64,000 bases of DNA from a bacterium. Lineage in GTDB: Bacteria > Patescibacteriota > Microgenomatia > Curtissbacterales > GWA2-41-24. This document shows, piece by piece, positions 56,837 through 64,000 of the stretch. The position numbers and the translations under genes are program-made. Location: contig JAKAJD010000001.1 in NCBI GenBank assembly GCA_021813945.1, positions 496,412 to 560,411 on the forward strand. Direction: 5' to 3'. A model generated the notes under the pieces. That model worked only from the letters and a program-made list of their open reading frames with translations. It ran no database searches and was not told the origin of the DNA. How positions within the stretch are numbered: the first letter of the stretch is position 1; each line of letters begins with the position of its first letter.

Positions 56837-56929
56837 ATGATCGATGAAACAAGAATTATTGACGACGAAGACGACGACGAAGAAGAAAAAGACGAGGAAG
56901 AATCAGCAGATGAGGACGACGCAATGTAG
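56837..56929 (+). CDS. 30-aa hyper-acidic peptide (MIDETRIIDDEDDDEEEKDEEESADEDDAM) with strong SD and its own terminator
   Basis: Perfect Shine-Dalgarno aaggaggtga 7 nt upstream of the ATG, in a genome where most genes lack an SD. Terminator hairpin immediately downstream. Confidence 0.4.
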   Translation: MIDETRIIDDEDDDEEEKDEEESADEDDAM

Positions 56930-56943
56930 TCTGGAAGTTTCAT

Positions 56944-56980
56944 AAAAGCCTCACGAATGTTTGTTTTGTGAGGCTTTTTC
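56944..56980 (+). terminator. rho-independent terminator
   Basis: aaaagcctcac-gaatgtttgttttg-gtgaggcttttt: 10-bp stem plus T-run. Confidence 0.65.
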
Positions 56981-56997
56981 GTTGTAAAAACCTGGTT

Positions 56998-57080
56998 AAG
57001 GGCAGGCCTTAACCTATGGCTTTTGCTGCAAAAAGGCCTGCCCTTTATCGTGTAAATGAGGTAGAAAAAGACCTGACCTT
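56998..57080. repeat. palindromic repeat cluster (3 units)
   Basis: aagggcaggcctt (56998-57010), aaggcctgccctt (57033-45), agacctgacctt (57068-80). Confidence 0.8.
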
Positions 57081-57103
57081 GAGTATGAAGTAGGTGATCT
57101 GTA

Positions 57104-57133
57104 TTGACAAACTTCACCAAAATCTAGTTTAAT
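57104..57133 (+). promoter_or_regulatory. sigma70-like promoter candidate for the rplJ-rplL leader
   Basis: TTGACA (57104-09), 18-nt spacer, TTTAAT (57128-33). Followed by a ~180-nt untranslated leader, consistent with the L10 autoregulatory leader position. Confidence 0.4.
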
Positions 57134-57313
57134 ACCCTCAATCCAAAGACCGCAGCTCTTCACTTCGTTCAGAGTAAACTGGACAAAGTGAAGTTAAATT
57201 TCGGAAGGCTATCAGGTTTACCCTGAGGAGGTACGACGAAGGGCTGCGCAGGAGAAAGTAAGTTTTTTCTTCTCTTTGGCCGCAAGTCGGCCATTTTCTT
57301 TGGACACAGTTTA

Positions 57314-57868
57314 ATGAAAAAAGTAGCTAAATCAGCACGCGAGAAAAAAGAAGAAAAAATCCAAAGTTTGGCCGAAAAATTTAAAAAGGCTAAAACTTTG
57401 ACTTTTGCAGACTATCGCGGCCTTTCGGCAAACCAAATAGCAACCCTCAGGTCAAAAATAAAAGCTTCTGGCGGCGAAATGCTCGTTGAAAAAAATACGC
57501 TCATTTCGTTGGCTCTCAAAGACTCGGGTCATAAATTAGGAAAAACAGAAGATCCCGAAGGCACACTTCTTACCGGCCCAACCGCTACAATTCTTTCCTA
57601 TGAAGACGAGATTGCTCCAATAAAAGAAACGGCCCAAAGTAACAAAGAAATAGGCCTCCCCAGTTTCAAATTTGGCTTTTTTGGCCTTGATTTTTTAAAC
57701 TCCCAAGGCCTAGAAAGTCTTTCCAAAATTCCCGGCCGTGATGCACTTCACGCCAAATTGGTGGGATCACTTTCCTCGCCAATTTATGGAGTTGTTGGTG
57801 TTCTGAGCGCCAATCTCAGAAACCTGGTTTACGCACTCGATCAAATTCAAAAAAAGAAAGGAGCGTGA
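57314..57868 (+). CDS. rplJ: 50S ribosomal protein L10
   Basis: KEEKIQSLAEKFKKAKTLTFADYRGLSANQIATLRSKI is the canonical L10 N-terminus. Confidence 0.92.
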   Translation: MKKVAKSAREKKEEKIQSLAEKFKKAKTLTFADYRGLSANQIATLRSKIKASGGEMLVEKNTLISLALKDSGHKLGKTEDPEGTLLTGPTATILSYEDEIAPIKETAQSNKEIGLPSFKFGFFGLDFLNSQGLESLSKIPGRDALHAKLVGSLSSPIYGVVGVLSANLRNLVYALDQIQKKKGA

Positions 57869-57876
57869 TAAATTAA

Positions 57877-58470
57877 ATGGCAGACGACGATCAAAAACAA
57901 GACGAAGCAAAGCAAGCAGAAGAATCAGCAGACGCTGCCGAGGAAGCTGCCGACAAAGCAGAAGAATCAGCAGACGCTGCCGAGCAAGCAGCTCAAGAGG
58001 CAAAAGACGCCGAAAAAGAAGTAAAAGAAGAAATTAAAGAGGTAAAAGAAGAGAAAAAGGAAGAAGCCAAAGCCGATGTAAAAGTCAGCAAAAAGTTAGA
58101 GGGCTTAATTTCCGATATCGAAAAACTTTCTGTTTTGGAGCTTTCTGAATTGGTTAAAGCACTCGAGGCAAAATTCGGAGTTTCGGCCGCACCTCAGGTA
58201 GTTGCAGGAAGCGCTGCTCCAGCCGCAGCTGGTGGCGACGAAGGTGCTTCAGAACAAACCACTTTCAATGTCATAATCTCAGACAGCGGAGCCAATAAAA
58301 TTTCCGTCATTAAAGTGGTTCGCGAACTAGTTCCAACTCTTGGACTTAAAGAAGCAAAAGATTTGGTAGATGCAGCCCCCAAACAAGTTTTGGAAGGGGT
58401 AAACAAAGAAACGGCAAATGAGGCAAAGACAAAGCTAGAAGCAGCAGGCGCGAAAGTAGAGCTCAAATAG
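57877..58470 (+). CDS. rplL: 50S ribosomal protein L7/L12 with a ~65-aa acidic/Lys-rich N-terminal extension
   Basis: L12 [26 protein letters not shown] and [34 protein letters not shown]...AGAKVELK. Preceded by [30 protein letters not shown] repeats. Confidence 0.9.
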   Translation: MADDDQKQDEAKQAEESADAAEEAADKAEESADAAEQAAQEAKDAEKEVKEEIKEVKEEKKEEAKADVKVSKKLEGLISDIEKLSVLELSELVKALEAKFGVSAAPQVVAGSAAPAAAGGDEGASEQTTFNVIISDSGANKISVIKVVRELVPTLGLKEAKDLVDAAPKQVLEGVNKETANEAKTKLEAAGAKVELK

Positions 58471-58476
58471 CTAGAA

Positions 58477-58524
58477 AAGGTCAGGCCTTAGCCTAAGTCA
58501 AGACTAAGAAAAAGGCCTGACCTT
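58477..58524. repeat. inverted palindromic repeat pair (terminator-like) 7 nt after the rplL stop
   Basis: aaggtcaggcctt-agcctaagtcaagactaagaaa-aaggcctgacctt. Confidence 0.85.
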
Positions 58525-58569
58525 GAGCTATTGATATGCAACCATTGCCAAAACCCCCTTTTTGCCCAC

Positions 58570-58598
58570 TTGACCGGCAATTTTTCCCATGATACATT
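58570..58598 (+). promoter_or_regulatory. sigma70-like promoter candidate upstream of the excisionase-like gene
   Basis: TTGACC, 17-nt spacer, TACATT. Confidence 0.25.
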
Positions 58599-58680
58599 GG
58601 AGTCCGAAAGTGATTTCTTCGTTCTCTAGAATGACACACTTAGATCACACTAATTTATTAATCAAAATTCAAACATCAAC

Positions 58681-58893
58681 ATGGCATTAGGAGACGACTG
58701 GCCGGATTTATTAACAGTTAAAGAAGTGGCCAAAATCCTAAGGGTTGCCCCACTCACAGTCAAACGCTGGGGCAAACGAGGAAAACTTCCGGCAATCCGC
58801 ATCAACTCTCGCGGCGACCGTAGGTACAAAAAAGAGGCAGTACTTTGGCTTCTTGGCGCGATCAAATCCGGCGACCAAGGTCTAAATCAATAA
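58681..58893 (+). CDS. excisionase-family (MerR-like HTH) DNA-binding protein
   Basis: LLTVKEVAKILRVAPLTVKRWGKRGKLPAIRINSRGDRRYKKEAVLWL matches the Xis/AlpA-type helix-turn-helix family. Confidence 0.65.
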   Translation: MALGDDWPDLLTVKEVAKILRVAPLTVKRWGKRGKLPAIRINSRGDRRYKKEAVLWLLGAIKSGDQGLNQ

Positions 58894-58932
58894 ACCCTTT
58901 TCCTTGCTTTAAAATTTCCTTCTATATATAAT

Positions 58933-59790
58933 TTGTCATCCTTTATGGAAAGACTTGAACCAAGGCCGGTTACCGAAACTGCCCGAGGAATTTTAGAAGA
59001 TCCGCCGCAGGCTATTTTGTGTTTTGACAACTATCGGGGCAATTCTCCAGATGCGAGAGCTATCGCCAGCCTTATCATGATGCAAAGGGCAATAACAGCC
59101 TTGATCGTAAGCCATTCTAAAAAACTTTATCCAAAAGAAAACCGCCCGAAAATCGCCTGCTTCGCCGGCGAACATAAAAAGGGTTTGGTGTCAGGGTCAG
59201 CTTTGATGAAAAGAACTCTAATGGCACTTGGCGCCGAAGAAAGCGAAATAGAAACTCGGTCAACTACGGTATCAACCACCACAGACATCACCCAATTCCA
59301 TTCCTACATCAAAGAAAACAATATAACCGGCCCTGTAGCAATTGTCACAAGCGATGATCACATCGAAAGAACAGAGCAAGAAATAGTTAACCATTTCCAA
59401 AAACATAAACATGGCCCAATTCCAAAGATTTACGTTCTGTCGCTGCATTCAGAAGAAATCGCAAGCCTTCCATTGCCAACTGAAGTTAGAAAATCTCTTT
59501 TCTATCTAGGTAACTTTAGTGCCTTAGTTAAAGCGGAACGTGAAGGTTCCCTAAGTGGAGGTAGAACCGAAAAAATTGCAACCAGAATTTCCAAAATAAA
59601 ACACCAACACAGAAGAGAAACGGTTCAAGCCGTTGCTGAATTTGTAAATCATCTGCACACTCCAGAAGCTCTAAGAAGGATAAGAAGGGTAAATCGTCAA
59701 TTCCGACGAGGTCATAAAAACCTTTATGTTAAACGGAAAGATAGAAATCCCAAAATTAGAGCATTTCCCGATATGCCAGCTCATGGATAA
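58933..59790 (+). CDS. hypothetical protein, possibly DUF218/YdcF-like
   Basis: VAIVTSDDHIERTEQE resembles the DUF218 VTSxxHxxRA motif; weak. Confidence 0.35.
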   Translation: MSSFMERLEPRPVTETARGILEDPPQAILCFDNYRGNSPDARAIASLIMMQRAITALIVSHSKKLYPKENRPKIACFAGEHKKGLVSGSALMKRTLMALGAEESEIETRSTTVSTTTDITQFHSYIKENNITGPVAIVTSDDHIERTEQEIVNHFQKHKHGPIPKIYVLSLHSEEIASLPLPTEVRKSLFYLGNFSALVKAEREGSLSGGRTEKIATRISKIKHQHRRETVQAVAEFVNHLHTPEALRRIRRVNRQFRRGHKNLYVKRKDRNPKIRAFPDMPAHG

Positions 59791-59865
59791 ATTTTATCCC
59801 CAAAATCGTTTTATTTTAAAAAATTTTATGCTCAACTGTCATATGTCTCCAAAAATTGCTATACT

Positions 59866-60621
59866 TTGAGCATGCTACAAACAGCAATAGACGCAGCCAA
59901 AGCTGGCGGCAAACACGCACTCTCCTACTTTAACAACCTTCCGGAAGTCAAAAAGAAGGCAGATGAAAGTCCGGTTACCATGGCCGATATCGAAACCGAA
60001 CAGCTTATCCGCAGGCTAATTTCCAAAAAATACCCGGATCACGGCTTTATTGGCGAAGAATTTGGATCCACCAATCCAAAAGCCAAATTCCAATGGGTTA
60101 TAGACCCGATAGACGGCACCCGATCTTATATCAGAAACATTCCCCAGTGGTGTATTCTGATATCTGTCCTGGAAGACAATAAACCGATAGTTGGGGTATG
60201 TTATTTCCCCAATCAGGACGAATTATTCAGCGCCGAAAAAGGAAAAGGTACATTTTTCAACGGAAAAAAGACTACGGTTTCTAAAGTCGAAAACTTAAAT
60301 GAAGCATACATTTCTTACTACAATCTTAAACATTTTGAAAGACTCGGCAAAACAAAAAATTTGGTGGATATTTGCCAAAAATCCAACACCTCTATGAATT
60401 TAGCTTCATTTGCAATGAGTTTTTTTCTAAAAGGAAAAATTGAAGCCTACATTTGCGCCCATGGACAACTCTGGGATTTCGCAGCATTTTCCCTTTTAAC
60501 AGAAGAAGCAGGCGGAACATTTTCCGACTTTTCCGGCAAAAAGTCTTTAACCTCCGGCGACATAATCTTGGCAAACAAACCCATCCACGATCAAGTACTA
60601 AATATCCTCAATACTAAATAA
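59866..60621 (+). CDS. inositol monophosphatase family protein (SuhB/IMPase-like)
   Basis: Metal-binding motifs FIGEE, WVIDPIDGTRSYIRNIP, and the WD.AA... C-terminal motif. Confidence 0.85.
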   Translation: MSMLQTAIDAAKAGGKHALSYFNNLPEVKKKADESPVTMADIETEQLIRRLISKKYPDHGFIGEEFGSTNPKAKFQWVIDPIDGTRSYIRNIPQWCILISVLEDNKPIVGVCYFPNQDELFSAEKGKGTFFNGKKTTVSKVENLNEAYISYYNLKHFERLGKTKNLVDICQKSNTSMNLASFAMSFFLKGKIEAYICAHGQLWDFAAFSLLTEEAGGTFSDFSGKKSLTSGDIILANKPIHDQVLNILNTK

Positions 60622-60672
60622 GCGCTAACCCATAAAAATCGCCTAATCCCATAACTCCTCATTTTTACGCTC

Positions 60673-60825
60673 AAGGCCAGGCCTTCAGGCTGAAAATGGC
60701 CGATTTCAGGCTGAAGCCTTAAAAGCTAAAACTAGCAAGTTAGGTCAAATTTGAGGCTAAATATCCGCTTTCGAGGTCAAGAGCAGGCCTTTACCTTGGC
60801 GTTTTCAGGAAAAAGGCCTGCCCTT
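60673..60825. repeat. intergenic palindromic repeat cluster plus a short direct repeat
   Basis: aaggccaggcctt (60673-85); direct repeat ttcaggctgaa x2; aagagcaggcctt (60779-91); aaggcctgccctt (60813-25). Confidence 0.8.
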
Positions 60826-60875
60826 ATTCCACCTTTCGCCTTAATCCTCCACATTTTTTGTGCTAAAATACCTAA

Positions 60876-61667
60876 ATGGAACCCGCATCCAAAGCTAATC
60901 TCAAAAACAAGCATCTTATCGTTTTTGATCTCGATGGCACCCTCGCCCCCACTAAATCGACAATCGATTTAGAAATGAGCGACCTTCTCGAAAAACTCCT
61001 CAAAGCCAAAAAGGTAGCCGTTATTGGTGGCGGCAAATTCGAACTCTTTCAGGAACAACTCTTAAACGGCCTTAAAGCCCCAACCAATCTTCTTAAAAAT
61101 ATGTTTTTATTCCCTACCACAGCCACGACTTTCTATAAATTTGAAGATGGATGGAAAAAGGTCTACTCGCACGACTTAACTCAACAAGAAGTTAAAAGAA
61201 TCATCGCTGCGTTCGAAGAAATCATCGCAAAAATCGGCTACAAGCCCGAAAAAACGTATGGCATTATCATCGAAGACCGCGGTACCCAAGTAACCTGGTC
61301 TGCTCTCGGCCAAGACGTCGTTAAGATTCTTGGCGACAAAGGTGTCGAGCTCAAAAACAAATGGAAAGAGGAAAACACTCCGCTCAAGTTGGAAATTGCC
61401 AAATATGTCCAAGAAAAACTGCCCGATCTTGAAGTTCATGCTGCCGGTTACACTTCAATAGACGTAACCAAAAAAGGCATCGACAAAGCATACGGCCTTA
61501 AACAAATGGAAGACCACCTTAAGACTAAAATTAAGGATATGCTCTTTGTTGGCGATGCCATTTTCCCCGGCGGCAACGACTATGCCGTCACCAAAACCCC
61601 GATTGACTACATTCAGGTTAAAGGCCCCGAAGAAACGAAGCAAATCATCCGCCAAATCCTTGAGTAA
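60876..61667 (+). CDS. HAD-IIB family hydrolase (sugar phosphatase/phosphomannomutase-type HAD)
   Basis: Motif I FDLDGTL, cap domain, motif IV FVGDAIFPGGNDY. Confidence 0.7.
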   Translation: MEPASKANLKNKHLIVFDLDGTLAPTKSTIDLEMSDLLEKLLKAKKVAVIGGGKFELFQEQLLNGLKAPTNLLKNMFLFPTTATTFYKFEDGWKKVYSHDLTQQEVKRIIAAFEEIIAKIGYKPEKTYGIIIEDRGTQVTWSALGQDVVKILGDKGVELKNKWKEENTPLKLEIAKYVQEKLPDLEVHAAGYTSIDVTKKGIDKAYGLKQMEDHLKTKIKDMLFVGDAIFPGGNDYAVTKTPIDYIQVKGPEETKQIIRQILE

Positions 61668-61675
61668 GTTTAGTT

Positions 61676-61775
61676 AAGGTCAGGTCTTAGGCTAAGAATA
61701 TCCCAACAAAGGCCTGACCTTTTAGCTCACACTCTTACGAAGGTCTGGCCTTGGAAAACTAAAAGGCCAGACCTT
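61676..61775. repeat. composite palindromic element array flanking the galT 3' side
   Basis: Copy of the 47-bp element (61676-61721), then aaggtctggccttggaaaactaaaaggccagacctt (61740-75) and TTGAGATAAC. Confidence 0.85.
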
Positions 61776-61808
61776 GAGATAACAATTGGTTATCTGAAAA
61801 CGCAACTT

Positions 61809-62717
61809 TTACCCGTTTAAAATCTTCTCTTCCAAAGTCTCACCAATATCTTCTTCCTTCAAGGCTTCCGCAGCATCAACAGGATCAATAGTATTTACAG
61901 AAAGCCCCGTCCCCAACTCAAATCCGGCCCTGTGCACCAACCTTGGAATTATCCGTATATACCAATCTTTTCCATGGTGGACGTAGTAGTTGTAAGCAGG
62001 CCCGTCTTTAAACGCAACCATGGGCATTCCGGGATGGTAATGCCCCGCTCCCGAAAGATGCTTTATCAGCCGCCTTAAGGCGTTTTGAAGCACGTATGCC
62101 AAATCATCTGCCTCTTCGTCTGTTATTTGGCCAAAAAACTCCCCACGCCGTTTAGGAGCTATCCATAATTCAAAGGGCCATTGCGAGAAATTCGGGCAGA
62201 ACACTACGAAGTTTTTGTTATCCACAACCGTATTGACAACAGCCTCAAGCGGTAGTGTGTCTAAATTGATTTGCTTAGGCACAACCACCAGCTGCGAATG
62301 GGGATGTCTAATAGAAGCCCCTGCAACCTCCCCAACGTTGTTAAAGATAATCGTATGGCCAATATCTTTATTGGCATTAAATCGCTCCCTATAAACCCGC
62401 AAAATAAGCCTTACCTGCTCAAGCGGTAGTTTATCAATATCGAGCTTATCGTCTGGTGAATGGACAATCACTTCATGGAAATCGGTGATCGGAAACTTAT
62501 TTTTTATAACCCTTACCTTCCAGCCTCGCTCATAAGCTTTCCCCTCACCAACTCGATAGATTTCCTCGCCTGGTATGCGCTCAAAACCCGGACAAAAAAC
62601 GCATATCTTATTGACGTTTGCCGACTTTGTCTTGTCTGTATCTACCGGCCTTTTTGTGCGACCCTCGGCAAAGATAACCCAACGGTTGGTAGTTATATCT
62701 GGAACGTACTTCGCCAT
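61809..62717 (-). CDS. galT: galactose-1-phosphate uridylyltransferase (HIT-family, GalT type)
   Basis: CVFCPG (Zn site), FENKG-like NNVGEVAGASIRHPHSQLVVVP (HxHxQ active site), duplicated HIT-like halves. Confidence 0.85.
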   Translation of the reverse strand: MAKYVPDITTNRWVIFAEGRTKRPVDTDKTKSANVNKICVFCPGFERIPGEEIYRVGEGKAYERGWKVRVIKNKFPITDFHEVIVHSPDDKLDIDKLPLEQVRLILRVYRERFNANKDIGHTIIFNNVGEVAGASIRHPHSQLVVVPKQINLDTLPLEAVVNTVVDNKNFVVFCPNFSQWPFELWIAPKRRGEFFGQITDEEADDLAYVLQNALRRLIKHLSGAGHYHPGMPMVAFKDGPAYNYYVHHGKDWYIRIIPRLVHRAGFELGTGLSVNTIDPVDAAEALKEEDIGETLEEKILNG

Positions 62718-62750
62718 AAACTCAGTTTAGCATTTTTACGAAGGTCTGGC

Positions 62751-62865
62751 CTTTGTTGGGATATTCTCAGCCTAAGACCTGACCTTGAGATAGCGGTCGG
62801 TAACTTATCCCACGCAAAGCGCAGGCCTTTTTTCTGACAAAAGACTGAGGTCAAGGCCTGTCCTG
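62751..62865. repeat. composite palindromic element array flanking the galT 5' side (inverted relative to 61676-61775)
   Basis: ttacgaaggtctggcctttgttgggatattctcagcctaagacctgaccttgagatagc is the reverse complement of the 47-bp element; further units at 62819-35 and 62848-65. Confidence 0.85.
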
Positions 62866-63003
62866 TAACTGGCGGCTGGCCCCGATAACTGGCAACTGAC
62901 TAATTTACTACAAGACACATTAACACTCTCCCCCAAAAACACCGATTTTTAATCGTTTGAGTAACAAATGTACTATAGATTATTTTTGTAAATTTGAAGC
63001 TAA

Positions 63004-63036
63004 TTTTTGACTTTTGACTTTTGACTTTTGACTTTC
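63004..63036. repeat. (TTTTGAC)x4 heptamer tandem repeat
   Basis: tttttgacttttgacttttgacttttgacttt. Confidence 0.75.
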
Positions 63037-63147
63037 GCGAAGCTTCCTATCGGCTTAAATTTTTTATCCAATAGTTTTTACTAAGATGTAAATTCGAAAT
63101 TTTCAAAAATTTTTCAGATTTTTTTTGAAAAAATTTTTAGAAATTTT

Positions 63148-63909
63148 TCAGAAGATTTTAGAAATTTTCACTTTTGCAAATTTTGCCAAAAACATCAAAA
63201 AAAACACCGGAATAACCCTATGTCTCCATGCCCTGCCAGGTTCGTGGATCAAACGCCACAACCACTCAAAACCGGCACCCTGAACGGGTTTTGGGGCCCT
63301 TTTTTTCACACCAGCCAGTAAATCTAGCGCTCCACCGACCCCTATAAAAACTCCGACGTTGAGCTTGTTGCGCATGGCATTGATCCAGAACTCCTGCCTA
63401 CCCATACCTAGCGCAACGAAAAGTATGTCCACCCTCTCTGTGGCGGGAAATGGTAATTTTAGCCTCAAATCTTGACCTATAGTCTCCTCTCCAGGCCCTG
63501 CAAACCCTACTTTTAACCCGGGATAAGCCTTAATTTGGCGCTTACTAGCCTCCTGTGCTACACCCGAAAAACCTCCCAAAAAGCCTATTACAATAGCCTT
63601 TCCGGCACTTTTTTGACACAATTTTTCGATTAAATCTACGCCTGTTATTCTATCTTGTGCCGAACCACCCGAAATTAGCTTCGAAAATACCACCCACTGG
63701 CCGTCCGGTAAAGCCAAGTCGGCATCTTCTAAAATGCGCGCAAACTCTTTATTTCGTCTGGCCATCATTACGAATTCCGCATTGACCGTAACTACATATT
63801 TTCCTCTATTTTCACGCTTGGCCAGGTTTAAAATCTCCGAGACCGCTTCATCGGCAGATATATCGTCCACTTTTACACCAAAAACGTCGATTTTTCGTGA
63901 TTTATCCAT
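63148..63909 (-). CDS. WecB/TagA/CpsF-family glycosyltransferase (N-acetylmannosaminyltransferase-like)
   Basis: VVTVNAEFVMMARRNKEFARILEDADLALPDGQWVV and GFLGG...G..G are typical of the WecG/TagA family. The 3' end runs into an AT-rich repetitive tract. Confidence 0.8.
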   Translation of the reverse strand: MDKSRKIDVFGVKVDDISADEAVSEILNLAKRENRGKYVVTVNAEFVMMARRNKEFARILEDADLALPDGQWVVFSKLISGGSAQDRITGVDLIEKLCQKSAGKAIVIGFLGGFSGVAQEASKRQIKAYPGLKVGFAGPGEETIGQDLRLKLPFPATERVDILFVALGMGRQEFWINAMRNKLNVGVFIGVGGALDLLAGVKKRAPKPVQGAGFEWLWRLIHEPGRAWRHRVIPVFFLMFLAKFAKVKISKIF

Positions 63910-64000
63910 AGTCTTTTAACCTTTTAAGCCTTTTTAGGGGCTTTTATCGCCCCGCAATTTTCCGACCATTTTCCGAGAAACTTCAGAAAGGCCAGTAAAC

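Noticed and set aside
56797-57120. Minus-strand 107-aa ORF containing a poly-Ser run
   Set aside because: It is the antisense shadow of the acidic-peptide mini-gene (GAA/GAC repeats read as Ser on the other strand) and of repeat elements. It has no start context.
749-62865. Whether the palindromic repeats form a CRISPR array
   Set aside because: The units are 13-bp palindromes in inverted pairs with variable 15-35-bp loops, scattered singly across the window. There are no regularly spaced direct repeats with unique spacers, and no cas genes are present.
1-64000. Alternative genetic code (UGA recoding, as in some CPR lineages)
   Set aside because: Well-conserved genes (rpsB, tsf, topA, glyA, rplK, etc.) span their expected lengths under the standard code without needing readthrough, so there is no indication of recoding.

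Overview
This window reads as a small, streamlined bacterial genome of moderate GC, most likely a Patescibacteria/CPR-like lineage. That guess rests on gene content only (many type IV pilin-like genes, ribosomal proteins with unusual extensions, short intergenic spacers, weak or absent Shine-Dalgarno sequences); no rRNA is present to confirm it. Gene density is high. Recognisable loci are: rpsB-tsf; a nucleotide-salvage cluster (thyX-like, Nudix, tmk, Nudix::dcd fusion); topA; dprA; a split purH; mreB with a PBP2; glyA and folD; priA-def-fmt; rpmB; a tRNA-Thr/Tyr/Thr cluster; a type IV pilin/pseudopilin locus containing rpmG, a large C39-like secreted protein and an 837-aa giant pilin; tRNA-Trp; galU; secE-nusG-[class A beta-lactamase-like]-rplK-rplA-rplJ-rplL; then an excisionase-like HTH gene where rpoB would be expected; galT and a WecB/TagA-type glycosyltransferase. 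The most striking feature is a dispersed family of 13-bp near-palindromes, AAGG(C/T)C(A/T)G(G/A)CCTT, usually in inverted pairs that would form stem-loops. They occur more than 40 times: at nearly every gene 3' end as terminator-like hairpins, as arrays flanking galT on both sides, and as in-frame insertions inside essential genes (rpsB, thyX, folD, priA, and the last codons of topA). The inserted elements are translated into short peptides such as KGQALT, QLRPGLN, ARPF and RPWKTERPDLK. This closely resembles the Rickettsia palindromic element phenomenon, but I cannot tell from sequence whether it has been described for this lineage. Other points of interest: purH is split into an intact AICARFT gene followed by a separate, apparently degenerate IMPCH-like gene; the PriA homologue lacks Walker A, and the repeat sits at that position; a 30-aa hyper-acidic peptide gene with a perfect SD and its own terminator lies between rplA and rplJ; a tRNA-Trp 3'-end duplication suggests an integration scar; NusG, L1 and L7/L12 carry acidic N-terminal extensions; and the region upstream of rpsB looks like a frameshifted pseudogene.
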